From the NCBI RefSeq assembly GCF_036321535.1, contig NC_087437.1, forward strand, positions 9,922,001 through 9,986,000: DNA of 64,000 nucleotides, read 5' to 3'. Made by a program: the position numbers and the translations under genes. The first letter of the stretch is position 1. Each line of letters starts with the position of its first letter. The notes under the pieces are model-generated. The model saw only the letters and a list, made by a program, of their open reading frames with translations, was not told the origin of the DNA and did not search any database. This document shows, piece after piece, positions 11,872 through 24,070 of the stretch. The DNA comes from Camelus dromedarius (Eukaryota).

Positions 11872-12044
11872 CAGTGTTGTCAAACCTCACTGCACGAAGG
11901 ACTGCAAAAGCACAAACAGCTCGGCCTCAGCCCCGGAGTTTCTGAAAAAGGAGGTCTGGGGTGGAGTCTGAGAATTTGCCTTTTTAACAGATTCCCAAGT
12001 GCTGCTGCTGCTGCTGATCCAGAGTCACAATTTGAGAACCACCG
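11872..12044. mobile_element. MER5A-like MITE
   Basis: cagtgttgtcaaac...ggtctggggtgg...gagaatttgc...tttgagaaccaccg. Confidence 0.75.
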
Positions 12045-12798
12045 GCCGAGCAAGTCCTCCCACTGCCATCACTGTTCACGGACACGTGGTAATCACCCCC
12101 TCGCTCTCTGTTGAATAGATGAATATCTATGAAACCCACAATTTCTGTTACATTCTGAAGCCTTTCCTACTCGGCGCGGTGGGCAATTAGAGCCCCACTT
12201 CTGAAACCCTCTCATGAATATCGTCCCCATCACGCCGTCTGCCCTTACCGTTCCTTGTCGTTCTGTGACGGGTTCCCCAGAGGTGCATCCTGAGCGGAGC
12301 AATTGTGTGCAGGCGGTTTGTGAAGGGAACTCTCCAGCAGAAACCAGTAATAGAGTGGGAGAAACAGGAACAGAAAGAGGACGAAGCCAGGTAAGGGTGG
12401 GATGTCCGACAATGTCCCGCAGAAAGGGGCCTCAGCCTCATCCCACAGGGCAGCTCTGGACTGGGAGCTGGAACTTTCTATTCCCACGCCAAGCATGCCG
12501 CCTCTGTGGTGCTTCCCAAAAGGATGCGCATTTTCGGGCACTTGCAGCTCCCTGCGTGGCCAGGCATGGTGGCTCCAGTAGCCCAAGGACAGTCCTCCAA
12601 AAAGAAGCCACAGACGCTGGCTGAAAGTGAAAATGTATTTTTTATCTATTTTCTCAGAGCTATCCGAGAGAATTAAGCTGAAATACCAACATATACACTG
12701 ACTTGTACTGCCGTTTTTTTTTTTCCAGCATATAGGTATATTTTAGCTCTCTAATTGGATTTTAAACACTGGAGACTGAAGGCTATGCTGTATAATTT

Positions 12799-12877
12799 TT
12801 AGGTTGAATCATATGAAATTGCTAGTATTTAACCATTTTGAGAAATAAAATCGGTAATTGCACATTGCTCAACTTCA
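12799..12877. mobile_element. MADE2 mariner-derived MITE (~80 bp palindrome)
   Basis: taggttgaatcatatgaaattgc...gtaattgcacattgctcaact, imperfect self-complementary arms matching recalled MADE2. Confidence 0.8.
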
Positions 12878-13076
12878 TACATAGATCTTGACTGATTGCC
12901 ATCCAATCAATGGGACTGATAAATTAATTGATAGCCTTCAGTCTCCAGTCCTATCAGATGCCCCCCATCTCTGAAAGCTCTCAGCTGGCCAAAGGCTACT
13001 TTCTAGTGTGCCTGCAATCCCTGTGAGTTATGTGGAATATTTACTATGATTCAGCCGGTTTTGTTATCCTTAATTT

Positions 13077-13310
13077 CAGTTGGCCTTTGGAAACACAGGT
13101 TTGAAGTGTGCAGGTCCGTTTGTATGCAGATTTTTTTCCATAATAAATATTACAGTACTATATGAACTAGCAATTAGTTGAATCCGAAGACATGGAACTG
13201 CGAATACAGAGGAACTAGAGATGTGCAGGAACCCCGTGTATGGAGGGTTGACTATAATTTGACTTTGCAGAGGGTCACAATTCAATTCCCTGCATTGTTC
13301 AAGGTCAGTG
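13077..13310. mobile_element. Tigger2a-like MITE (second copy)
   Basis: cagttggcctttggaaacacaggtttgaagtgtgcaggtcc...ttgttcaaggtcagtg, homologous to 8303-8518. Confidence 0.8.
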
Positions 13311-13607
13311 ATTGCGATTATGCATTTTAGATTAAAAAAAAAAAGCACAAACTGATGAAACACAAATGTGAAAAAGTCATCTTGCCTCTATGAAAATTAA
13401 ATGTAATGCTTTGAAATTTTCAAAAAAACCAAAAAAATAAGCCGCTAAAAAACAAACCAAAATTGTGCTCTTGAATTAACTGTCAGTGAGACAGTTGTGA
13501 AAGATTGGAGAAATGATAACAACCTGAAAGGATAGTTCCCATACAGTGTCTTTATAAATGTCTTTAATGTCTCATTGCCAGAGACAACTCAAACTGGAAA
13601 TTGTGGA

Positions 13608-14122
13608 GTTTTAATTAAAATGCTTTTGGCTGGAAATCACAGAAATTCTATTTGAAAAGTCATAAGGATGATGGAATTATTATTCCAGTTAGCTAGAAGT
13701 CCTGACTTAGAAAAGTTTCAGGGTTGTTCCATACGGCAACGTAAGTCATTATAACTTATTTCCACCTTTCTGTCGAACCATTTTTATACTTTGCTGACAA
13801 CCTTCCTTCAGGGTATCAAGATGGCAGCAGCAGCTCAAGGCATCTCATCCTCATAGGTCAATAGCCAATGGCCCAAAAGAGTCTTTTGGATCACTTGTGC
13901 ATGGCCTTTTAAGAACACAGGCATCTTTCAAAGAAGCCCTCTAGGTTTCTTTTGTGTCTCATTGGCAAGGAGCAGGCAATATACCTAACATCACTCACAG
14001 AAAAGGCAGAGAATCACCCAGTCCACCCCAAGGGGAGGGCACTAAGAATAAAAAAGAAAAAGCAGTTGGAAGCATGGAAGAAGGGAGTAGCTGTTAGACA
14101 GGAAACCAACACTGTATCTTCC
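13608..14122 (-). mobile_element. MLT1 (ERVL-MaLR) solo LTR
   Basis: atgcttttggctggaaatcacagaaa...caagatggcagcagcagctc...agaagccc...gtctcattggc hallmark motifs. Confidence 0.7.
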
Positions 14123-16375
14123 AGGTAGGTTATGCATCATGGATTATGCAATTAGGTGACAACGCACACCCATACTGAAAGGAAGATCATTGCCCTGCAT
14201 GAAATAGTTGGTGAATGAAAGCACATTCATGTGTGTTAAGCTAGAAATAAAAATGTTTGTTATATATGCCTGATTTTAACTGACTTTTGTTGATCTATTG
14301 ACCCTGATCACATCAGATAAGATGGTTCTTAATACATTTTCTATACTTCATTGTATTATTTTATCATAGGCAACACAGAGTCTCATACACAGTACATAGT
14401 CAACAGTTGTTACAACAGTGGTGATTTTACATATCTGGTATAGCAGGACCTCAATCAGCAGCTCACTTATAGATGAGTAATGTTATCTATGACTATTAAG
14501 TGGCTTGCCCCTACCTGGGAAATCATACCTCGTACCAGGAAAATGTCTGTTCTACTTCAAATGTTAAAAACTTTTTGCGTTTAAGATGGTTCTTCCTATT
14601 ACTAATTTCAAAACTTAACAGTGGCAAAAAAAAGTGCTGTTATGTTCAGCAAACCATCTACTTTTCCTCCTGGGAAGATAGAATAACTATTTTCTCCAGC
14701 CCCCTGGCATCTAGAAGAAGCCTTATGGTTATTTTTGGCCAAGGAAATATCAACAGAAAACATTGGCCCCAAGTCTTGGCCTCCAAAACCTAGGATTTGT
14801 ATGCGAACACCTGTTCACTCCTTTTCTCTCCTCTTGTCATCTGTAGATTTGAAGCAGAGGGACAATGGAGGAATCCAATTTCCAAGTGTCTGACAGGGTC
14901 AGCATGTACCTATCAGAATGTGATCTTTTATTAAGTTCATGAGACAGGGTGGTCATTACAGTAGCATCCACACACATATAGAATAATAAAATAGAAATGG
15001 CTGGAGCCATACTTGTGAAGTACAGGACATTGGCTTTTAGCCCCACATGTCTCTCCACTCACTTTTCTGAAAATTTGCCTTCCCCCCTACAACTTTTAAT
15101 CTCTGACTTTGTATATTTCATTCCAAACACTTAAAAACATTTGTGTTCCTATGCTGAGGAAAGAATCCATCTGATATTTGCAGCCACTCTAAATTGTAAA
15201 GAACTTAATTTGGTTGCACTCTTCCATGTGCATTTGCATTTTAAAAGGCCTACAGAAAGACCACAATGCTTGTACCTAGAGAATGAATCACTAATGGTTG
15301 AATTTTAATAATCAGAGAGAGAAAAAATATTACTATGCAAATTATACCATATAGGCAATAGCTGGAATTCAATTAGAATTCCAGCCCTGAACAGAAATGA
15401 AGTTTACTTTTTTCTTTTTTTTTTTTTTTCTAAAATAGCATACTTTTAAAAAGACAGTTCTATTTACATCTCTTTTCTGCAGGGCTCTCAATGCATACTT
15501 ATTTATAGTATACTAACTAAAATTCTTTAAAACTGGAAAGTTTTATTGTATTTATTGTTATATCTCATGAATTTTAATATGTCTAAAATAGAGAAAGATG
15601 ATTAAGGAAAAGATTGCATACAATTTAATTGTGCAAATGAATAATATTCCCTAACTATGAATGAATTCAGAGTCACTTTACTTATACCAAAAATGTTTAT
15701 ATTGATGTTAGTTTTCCCTGTTTTCGATTGTAAGCAATTCCAGGGCAAGAACTTATACTTTACTCTGTCCTTGTTGGGTGGTATCATGTATAAATTCCTA
15801 TTAGGATGAATTCCTAGCCTTTGGAAGAGATGGCAAATTTTATATATGTGGTGAGATTGAAATTCATACCCCATAATTAAGATGTGTAAAACAGACACAA
15901 AAAAGTAGCTCATCTCTTCATTGAAATCCAACAACTTCCTGATGAGTCCTCACCCCTGCTTATGGAATGTGGGGGGAAGAGGGGGCAGCAGAGAAGAGGG
16001 TGAAAGACTTAAATTTAAAATCAAAGTTAACTTAGTCTCTTTTAGTTTCAAATAATCTCTTTTGAGTAACTAGTCGACTCAAAGTTCAAATTTTCTATGA
16101 GGTTGATTTTCCTCTCAAACTGCCTTCCTGTTCCATATTCCTTCCCAGATGGCACCTGGCTTCAGGGGAAGGTTTTGAAATTTTCATGGCACTGTGGGAG
16201 GCAAGTAGCTGGTGGGCTCTGACTCCCTCCTGAAATTGGTGAAAGATGTCCTTCTGGAGGAAGGTAATCTCTTGCCATGTCTGGGATTTCAGTCTCCACT
16301 GGCCACCTTTGTGCATATTTACAATGGTACCCAGAAGCCCTGAACACCCCTCATCTGTTGAAAAATTATTTTTAA

Positions 16376-16900
16376 AATGTCCATTGACAGATGACTGGAT
16401 AAAGAAGTTGAGGTATATTTATTAAATGGAGTACTATTCAGCCATAAAAATGACAACATAATGCCATTTGCTGCAACATGGATGTCCCTGGAGAATGTCA
16501 TTCTAAGTGAAGTAAGCCAGAAAGAGAAAGAAAAATACCATACGATATCACTCATATGTCGAATCTAAAAAAAAAAAAAAAAGACAAATGAACTTAAATA
16601 TAAAACAGAAACAGACTCACAGACATAGAATACAAACTTGTGGTTGCCAGGTGGGAGGGAGGTGAGAAGGGACAGACTGGGAGTTCGAGATTTGTAGGTA
16701 TTGATGGGTATATATTGAATAGATAAACAAGTTTATACTGTACAGCACAGGGAAATATATTCAATATCTTGTAGTAGCTCATGGTGAAAAAGAATATGAA
16801 AATGAATATATGTATATTCATGCATGACTGAAAAACTGTGCTGTACCCCAGAAATTGACACAACATTGTAAACTGACTACAACTCAATAAAAAAAAAAAA
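16376..16900 (+). mobile_element. 5'-truncated lineage-specific L1 (ORF2 C-terminus, 3'UTR, polyA)
   Basis: aatgtccattgacagatgactggataaagaag...gtcattctaagtgaagtaagccagaaagagaaagaaaaatacc...ctcaataaaaaaaa; near-identical to 52830-53030. Confidence 0.95.
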
Positions 16901-17079
16901 GAGGTTCTTAGAGATAATTTTCAAACAGCCAGTTGTTATTCAGGCAGGGTGAGAGTCAATGCATGACCACAAAGTATTATAAAACAGTAAAGCTAAATTT
17001 ATCTTTATATTGTCCTGAAAAGGGAGGTGATGGGAATGGTAAAGGTTAACTACAAACATTTGTCTGATGTGTTGTGCAC

Positions 17080-17410
17080 TGAGTTAAGGGTTAAAATTCC
17101 TAGATCTGATTTTGCTCTTGGTTAGTTTTGGCTTTCTCTAAATTCATTACTTAACCAAGTGGCTATTAGCTTTTCTGTAAAATGAGTAATAATGTGTCTA
17201 CTTCACATTATCTTAAGTATTGGCTATGCTAAGATATTTGAAAATTCTTTGGAAATGGTAATATCTGATAAGGATGGAAAGTGGTCTTTCTTGTATATTT
17301 GTATGCCACCTCCTATCTAGATTGTAAACTCTTTGGGGACAGTGACAGTATCTCATTCTTCCTTGAATCACCACAATGCTCTGCACGTAGTAAAATTTCA
17401 CTAAAAGTCC
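17080..17410 (+). mobile_element. MIR followed by L2 3' end
   Basis: ttttctgtaaaatgagtaataat; ctagattgtaaactctttggggacagtgac...gcacgtagtaaaa. Confidence 0.6.
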
Positions 17411-17584
17411 CATAGACTGATGATTGATTTGCTAAAAAGCAACTCAGGTAACTATGCTAGCTGGTATGGAAGAGCAGACAGTCTGATACAGGAACTCTTT
17501 AGAGGGGAAAAGAGGTTCAGAAATCCTTTTTTGAAAGTTGATGAAACACTTTAATAACAATTCAAAATTAAATATTGAATTTTG

Positions 17585-18280
17585 CTTATATTAACTAAAG
17601 AAGGTCATAAGCTACAAAGGAAAGAAAGTCAGCTTAACAGTGGTTTACACCAGTTCTCAAAGTGTGCTCCCTACACCATCACCACCACATCAGCATCACC
17701 TGAGAACTTGCTAGAAGGGCGAATTCTCGAGCCCCTTTCCAGACCTATAGAATCCGAAGCTGCAGAGTTAGGGCCCAGAAATCTTTGTTTCAACAAGATT
17801 CTGATGGACACAAAGTGTGAGAATCACTGGCTTCAAGTACATAAGCACTTATTTTCTGATGCACAGAAAGACAGATAGTTGATTACAAGCACTGGTTCAA
17901 GTGCCAGTCATGGTCCCTTAAGTCTTAGGCTCTTTTGGATTATTCCACTCCTGTCACCTTAGTTTGCTGAATTTTGGACCCTCATGTTTTCATCTCAAGG
18001 TTGCAATATAGTTGCCATAGCCCCAGTCATCATATTCTCACTCAAGTCAGGAAGGAACGAAATTAAAGGAGAAGGGACAGTACTAGTTGCAAACATCACT
18101 CTTACTAGGAAACTAAATGCTTTCCTAGAAAGTTTCCGGCTGAGTCCTCTGAGCATCTCATTGGCCAAAATTGAGTGTCATGGCTACCCTTAGCTGCCTT
18201 TCAGACTTTATTTTGGAGGCAGGTAGGGGAGAAAGGAATTGAGAAGTGGTATTTGGTTACCTAGACCACAGTGTTCTCCT
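17585..18280 (-). mobile_element. MLT1 LTR interrupted by MER5A (17650-17830)
   Basis: MLT1 motifs (caaggttgcaatatagttgccatagccccag, catctcattggccaaaattgagtgtcatggctacccttagctgc) on both sides of cagttctcaaagtgtg...tgagaatcactg. Confidence 0.7.
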
Positions 18281-18324
18281 AAAAATGGAGGATTATAACA
18301 TAAACCCAACAACTGAGAAGCTTT

Positions 18325-18620
18325 ATCCTGGAAGCGAGAAAACATATGGAAAAGAGGTATCTGCCTTTAAATACTGTATGTGAAATTCTGCCATGTGGAA
18401 GAAAGTGCAAATGTTATGTGAAGCTCCGTGAAGCAGAAATAATAGGTGGAAGTTAGACATCACAGACATTGACACAACAAGAAAGAATTTTCTAATGATT
18501 AAAACTGTTCTAAAGGAAATCAAATGCTTTTGGAGTACTGAGCACACTATGACCGTATAACTATTTCTCAACAATACAGTAGAGAGAATTTCTACACTGG
18601 GTCTCCTCCAAGTCTAAGAC
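18325..18620 (+). mobile_element. L3/CR1 3' fragment
   Basis: ctgcctttaaatac...ctgccatgtggaagaa...ggtggaagtta...aagaaagaattttctaat. Confidence 0.6.
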
Positions 18621-18659
18621 TGTATGTTCCAACTGACTAAAATTGAAGTATGTTATGGA

Positions 18660-18900
18660 TAATAATAATGACTAGCACTCGATGCATGTTGACTCTATTT
18701 GACACAATATGCGGTGCTTTATGTGCATTATCTCATTTTCTACCATAATAACCCTGGGAGATAAGCACTACAATTATTTCTCTTTAAAGAAACTGAGACA
18801 TAAAGAAGTAATATACTTTGCTCAAGGTCACAGAGCTGAGGTGTGAGCCCAGGTACTATAACTTCAGCTGTCAACCTCCTTATTCTTGCAACCGTCTCTG
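18660..18900 (-). mobile_element. MIR
   Basis: gaaactgagacataaagaagt...ttgctcaaggtcacagagct. Confidence 0.75.
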
Positions 18901-20012
18901 GGCTTTGAAGCAATGCCACAGTTTCGAACATTTAAGAACTAAATACAAATTCCTCCTTTAGCTGTAAGAGCAGCGTTGTACTTCCTCCTAGTTGCTCATG
19001 GTAATGCAGCCCAGCCTCTGAACGCTCTTTTCCAGCGTGCTAACATATCTCAGGACTTCCTATTCACAGCTCCCACTTGGATCATCACTCTTCTAGAACC
19101 CGGTTCAAGCCATTAGAGAACCCGTCCTGGTGGGTTAACTTGGCTTCTCCTCAATGTTTTTCTTTGATAAAATTGTCCCGTGAGAATGATTGTCCCTCAA
19201 CATTTCTGGGTACTTACTTTGGAATAAAAATCCTGACTGCTAAGAGTACTTTCAGAGAAGAAAGAATCTTTATTTCTGACTCCTGAGCTAATTGGAGAAA
19301 AGTTTTGGCAACTCTTGTATTGCTGCTCCCAGTTTTCAAATGCTCATAGCAGCTGACACTGGATAGGTATTGACTGGACGGTCCTTGAATGAAATACATT
19401 CCTAGCTCTTAATCCCAACAGCTTTTTTTTGAAACAACATATAATCTCACACATACAAATCTTTTGATCATTTTTACAGGGCTGGATACTAATCTAGAAC
19501 TGATGGCAGACCACTCTGCACACACGATTTGGCAAAAGCAAAACAAAACCACTTGTTTTCATATGGAAGGGATAATTATGTACTACCAATAGGGAACAGA
19601 TCTACAAATGTTACCATATTGGAATCCTGTAAGCAAAACAGGTAATGTGAGGATGCACACCTGGAAACCGACACCAACCTGAAAGCTGGACCCAGTCTTC
19701 CAGAACCACGCCCACAAACATTAGAGGAGCTTTACGTTCAGAAATGAAAAAGTGCATATAATTTTACTAGTTTCTAAATAAAGAATAAAGGTTAAAATGA
19801 AGACAATGGATAACAGGACTCCTTAGCTTAACAGAAGGTGTGAACAAGAGACTAGCAGCCCTAAAAAGCAAGAGGTCAACTAAAAAAGCTCACACAGGAG
19901 CCACGGCAGCACCACCACCCACAATCTTTTCTTTTAAAAAAATTTTTCTTATTGAAGTATAGTTGGCTTGCAATGTTGTGTTAGTTTCTTGTGTACAGCA
20001 TAGTGATTCAGT

Positions 20013-20074
20013 TATACATACATACATACATATATATATATATGTATATATATATATAAATATATATATATATA
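20013..20074. repeat. Compound (TACA)/(TA)n microsatellite inside L1 3'UTR
   Basis: Read directly. Confidence 0.9.
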
Positions 20075-20434
20075 TTTCTTTTCATATTCTTTTTCGTTAT
20101 AGGCTATTACAAGATATTGAATACAGTTCCCTGTGCTATACAGTAGGACCTTGTTGTTTGTCTATTTTATATATAATAGTTAGTATCTTCAAATCCCAAA
20201 CTCCCAATTTATCCCTCCACTACCCCATTCCCCCCAGTAACATACATTTGCTTTATCTTCTATGTCTGTGAGTCTATTTTTGTTTTGTAAACAAGTTCTT
20301 TTGTGTCATTTTTTTAGATTCCACATATAAGTGATATCATATGGTATATTTCTTTCTCTGTCTGAATTACTTCCCTTAGTATGGTTATATCCAGGTCCAT
20401 CCATGTTGCTGCAAATGGTTGAGAAGTATTCCAT

Positions 20435-20479
<45 letters not shown>
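20435..20479. repeat. (TG)n microsatellite inside L1
   Basis: Read directly, one interruption. Confidence 0.95.
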
Positions 20480-20481
<2 letters not shown>

Positions 20482-22002
20482 ACCACCACTTCTTTATACA
20501 ATCATCTATCAATGGACATTTAGGTTGCTTCTATGTCTTATTGTAAACAGTGCTGCTGTGAACATTGGGATACATCTTTTTGAATTAGAGTTTCCTCTGT
20601 ATATATCCCCAGAAACAGGGTTGCTGGAACATAGGGTAAGTCTATTTTCAGTCTTTTGAGGAATCTCCATACTATTTTCCATAATGGCAGCACCAAACTA
20701 CATTCCCACCAGCAGTGTAGGAGGGTTCCCTTTTCTCCACACCCTCTCCAGCATTTATCATTTGTGGACTTTTTAATGATGGCCATTCTGACTGGTGTGA
20801 GATGGTACCTCATTGTAGTTTTGATTTGTAAGCCTCTGATAATTAATGACTTTGAGCATTTTTTCATGTGCCTATTGGCCATTTGTTATGTCTTCATGGG
20901 GAAATGTTTGTTTAGTTCCCCTGCCCATTTTTGATTGGAATTTTTGTTGTTGATGATGTTGTTATTGAGTTCCCAACCACAATCTCTTGAACTCAACAGT
21001 ATTTGATGCTAAAGAGGTCCCTTTTCTAACACTGATGCTGCTAATATCCCCATTAGGACCATATATTTCACTGTTCACTTAAAATATTTCTGAAAATAAA
21101 TATGCTGAAAGAAGAAATAGATTTTTGCAAGAAGAAGCTTATCCTTATGACTTACAGCAACAATTATAGATATCAGGATCATGTCCCCAAAATAGGTGCA
21201 GTAAAAATTATTGTTAGTGTTATTTAGAAATGAATACCAGTGTGAATGCATAAAAATGGAGTTGTTGGATCATTTTGCCTTTTGGCGTCAGACAGAAACA
21301 AAAATGAACTGGATTTGTAGGTGATATCTGCAAGATTCCAATAAAATGCACTTAAAAAATAATTTTGCCAACTAAACATGTGGTTTAAAAGTCAATGCTT
21401 AAATGCCAAGCAAAATCAAGTGCCCTAAACTCTTAAGCAAGGACCATGTGTTCTCTATTTTTTGTGTACAACACCAACTAGGTAGATGAAGCACTTCAAG
21501 GGCACACACAAAGTCCTAAAAACGTTCAAGTTGACAGCTGCGAAATTATGGCAGACCCATCATTTTGATGTACAGCAATCAGAAATAAGTTGCTTCACAT
21601 AAAATAAAAACTCTCTTCCATCAGTTATTCATAGAAGACAAGTTGTAACTAGGGAATTCAGGCGCAGAAACAACAATCTATGTGCACAAAAGTGGAAAGG
21701 TCTGCAGATGATGAATCTATCCCTACAATGACATCACTGACCTTCGAATTTTAAAGCTGGGAGGGAACTTTTGAAGGTCCAAACTCTTCATTCAGCTATT
21801 AGGGAAACAGGTTATCCAGAGAAGCCAAGTGACTTATTGAAGGTTAGCTGTCTAAAAACAGAGCCAGTTCAATCTTCTGATGTTCTTTCTATCCATTAGG
21901 GAGATTTTTCCCCCCTAATCATGAAATGGGAAAGGAGGCAGGTGGGAGAGGGCCTAATTAATTGCCCTTCAGCATATCATCATTCTCATCCATACACATA
22001 TG

Positions 22003-22723
22003 TGCAACTGAGTCCCCCTAAAACTGAGCTGAGTTCATGATTAACCTCTCTTTCTAAAACTTTTCTCCCGTTCTTTGTCTGAACCTGTTCCCCTCAAGAT
22101 TGAGAAGTACCAAAGATAAGAGGGGATTGAAACTGTATACAAGCCCCTGTATTCCTGTCCTTAGGAGTAAAAGGCTTTGCTTTAGTCTCCAAGGCCTCCC
22201 TTGAGTCTGTTTCAAGAATGAATGATTAGGAAACGTGAAGACCTAGAAACAAAGAATAGCTGTTGGGCTGGAAAACTGGTTACAATTTAGACTATAAACC
22301 CACCACATAGCAGTATCACTGAGCTTCCAGTTCCCTGAAAGATATGGATAAATCCTGACACACATTCCTAAGTTGTTTTTACAGGAAGTGAAACCCCCAC
22401 CAGATGACAACTGCTGACTGCAAGCACATAGACTCTAGACCTGATTGAAACCAGAAGTTTGATGATGCTTGAAATCTCACCCTGATGCCAACCAATCTGA
22501 GAACTAACCATACATGAGCTGATGACACAACCTGCAGCCCCCTCCCTCACACAGCCTTTAAAGCCCCTTCCCTGAAAGCCATTGGGGAGTTCAGGTCTTT
22601 TGAGCACGAGCTGCTTGTTCTCCTTGCTTGGAGCCCTGCAGTAAACACTGTACTCTCCTTCACTACAGCCCAGTATCAGTAGATTGGCTTTACTGCATGT
22701 GACCCAAGTTTGGTTTGGTAATA
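22003..22723 (+). mobile_element. Solo ERV1-class LTR
   Basis: tgcaactgag start, CCAAT box (aaccaatc), cctttaaag TATA-like, gggagttcaggtcttttgagcacgagctgc R region, agtaaa polyA variant, ggtaata end; no clean TSD. Confidence 0.8.
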
Positions 22724-22949
22724 GCACCAAGGCTTTGTTAGCTTGGGGAACAAAAAGATGAAAGGTGTCATACCTCTCCTCAAGACGCTTATTTTTTAAC
22801 TGGGAAATTTATGACTTGGTGGGGGTAAATTATTATTTTCTTAAAGGCTAGAATGGTGCCATCTCTGTCAGTGTGAAATGGCCTAAGATATCGTCTCCTG
22901 TCACTCCTGGTCCTCTGTGACACTGATTCTATTGTAATTCCTGCTTTAA

Positions 22950-23137
22950 CCTTTCTTTATTTTTTAGCTTACATTTATTATGATACATTGTAATAAATAA
23001 AAAAGAATAAGGAATAATTAATCTTATAGCAAACAGCTATGTTCCCACCATGCACCTTAAGAAACAAATTATGAAGTGCCTCCTGTGTTCCTTCCCACAG
23101 GCTGTGGGTCTAACTTTTTGCCCTTGGAGTATGTATT

Positions 23138-23173
<36 letters not shown>

Positions 23174-24070
23174 CGTACATACATGCATACATATATGTTC
23201 ACAGTATGTTAAGTTTTGTATATTGTGGACTTTATAAATGGTATCATATTGTATATATATTTCTATGATGAATATATTTATCCAACTTTGTATTTTCAAG
23301 ATTCAATCATGCTTGCAGGTGAACTCCAGCTCATTTTCTCTGTTGTATATAATTACATTGTACACACATGACATGCATTCATTCATCAAAGAATAGACTT
23401 TTAAGTAACTTCAGATTGTTTTTACTGTTTTACTGCTTTTCATTTTACTATTAGAAACAATGGTCACTCCTTTACAGATCCATTGTTTCACATTTACAAG
23501 AATGTCTTTTGAGCATGTGCAAGAAAATATCACAATCCTTTCCTAAGTTGTATTGAGCATGTACGCTTGTAGAATCAGTAATTAAGACTTTCAGTTTCTC
23601 AGTATCCTCACTGCTCTTGGTGTCATCTGACTTTTAAAACTTTGTCATTCTGGTTAGTGGGCATTGTATCACAGTGTGGCTTTAACTTACATTTCCCTGT
23701 TTACTGATATTGAGCATCTCTTTATATGTTTATTAGCCAGTCAGACGTTCTCTTCTGTGAAATGCAATTCATGCCTTTTTTTTCAAGCAATTCATGAAAT
23801 GCAATTGGCCATTTTTCTTATTTAGTTGTTTTTCATTTTTTCTTATTGATCTGTAGCAATATTTTTCTCAAAATTAATGAGTCATTGTTTATATGTGTTG
23901 GAAATATCTTCTGCCAGATTAAAACTTGCATCTGCAGTTTTTTACATTGTCTTTTGAGAAATGGGATGTTCCATTTTAATGGAATTATACTTAGCATCTT
24001 TTTCACTTACGGTTAGTGACTTTTGTGTCTTGTTTTTGAAATCTTTCCCCACAGTGAAGTCATGAGGAGA
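22950..24070 (-). mobile_element. Old L1M (L1ME-like) 3' region
   Basis: T-rich; tttataaatggtatcatattgtatata, catttccctgtttactgatattgagcatctctttatatgtttattagcc. Confidence 0.75.
23141..23171. repeat. (AC)15 microsatellite
   Basis: Read directly. Confidence 0.95.

Larger units (their letters stand above)
12880..14330 (+). mobile_element. Ancient Tigger/pogo-type DNA transposon with fossil CENP-B-like HTH, interrupted twice
   Basis: Manual translation gives SMKIKCNAL... and LELTVSETVVKDWRN (~13390-13515), KLEIV before and ...WIMQ...PILK after the MLT1 insertion; boundaries approximate. Confidence 0.6.
19928..20971 (-). mobile_element. 5'-truncated L1 with ORF2 C-terminal zinc-knuckle fragment
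   Basis: ORF 20538-20882 ([43 protein letters not shown]); T-rich tail at left; TSD ccacccacaatct / ccaaccacaatct (to 19927 / to 20985). Confidence 0.95.

Noticed and set aside
12214..12624. 136-aa ATG-initiated ORF in the CpG-rich patch
   Set aside because: No recognisable domain, comparable ORFs on the opposite strand, length explained by GC content
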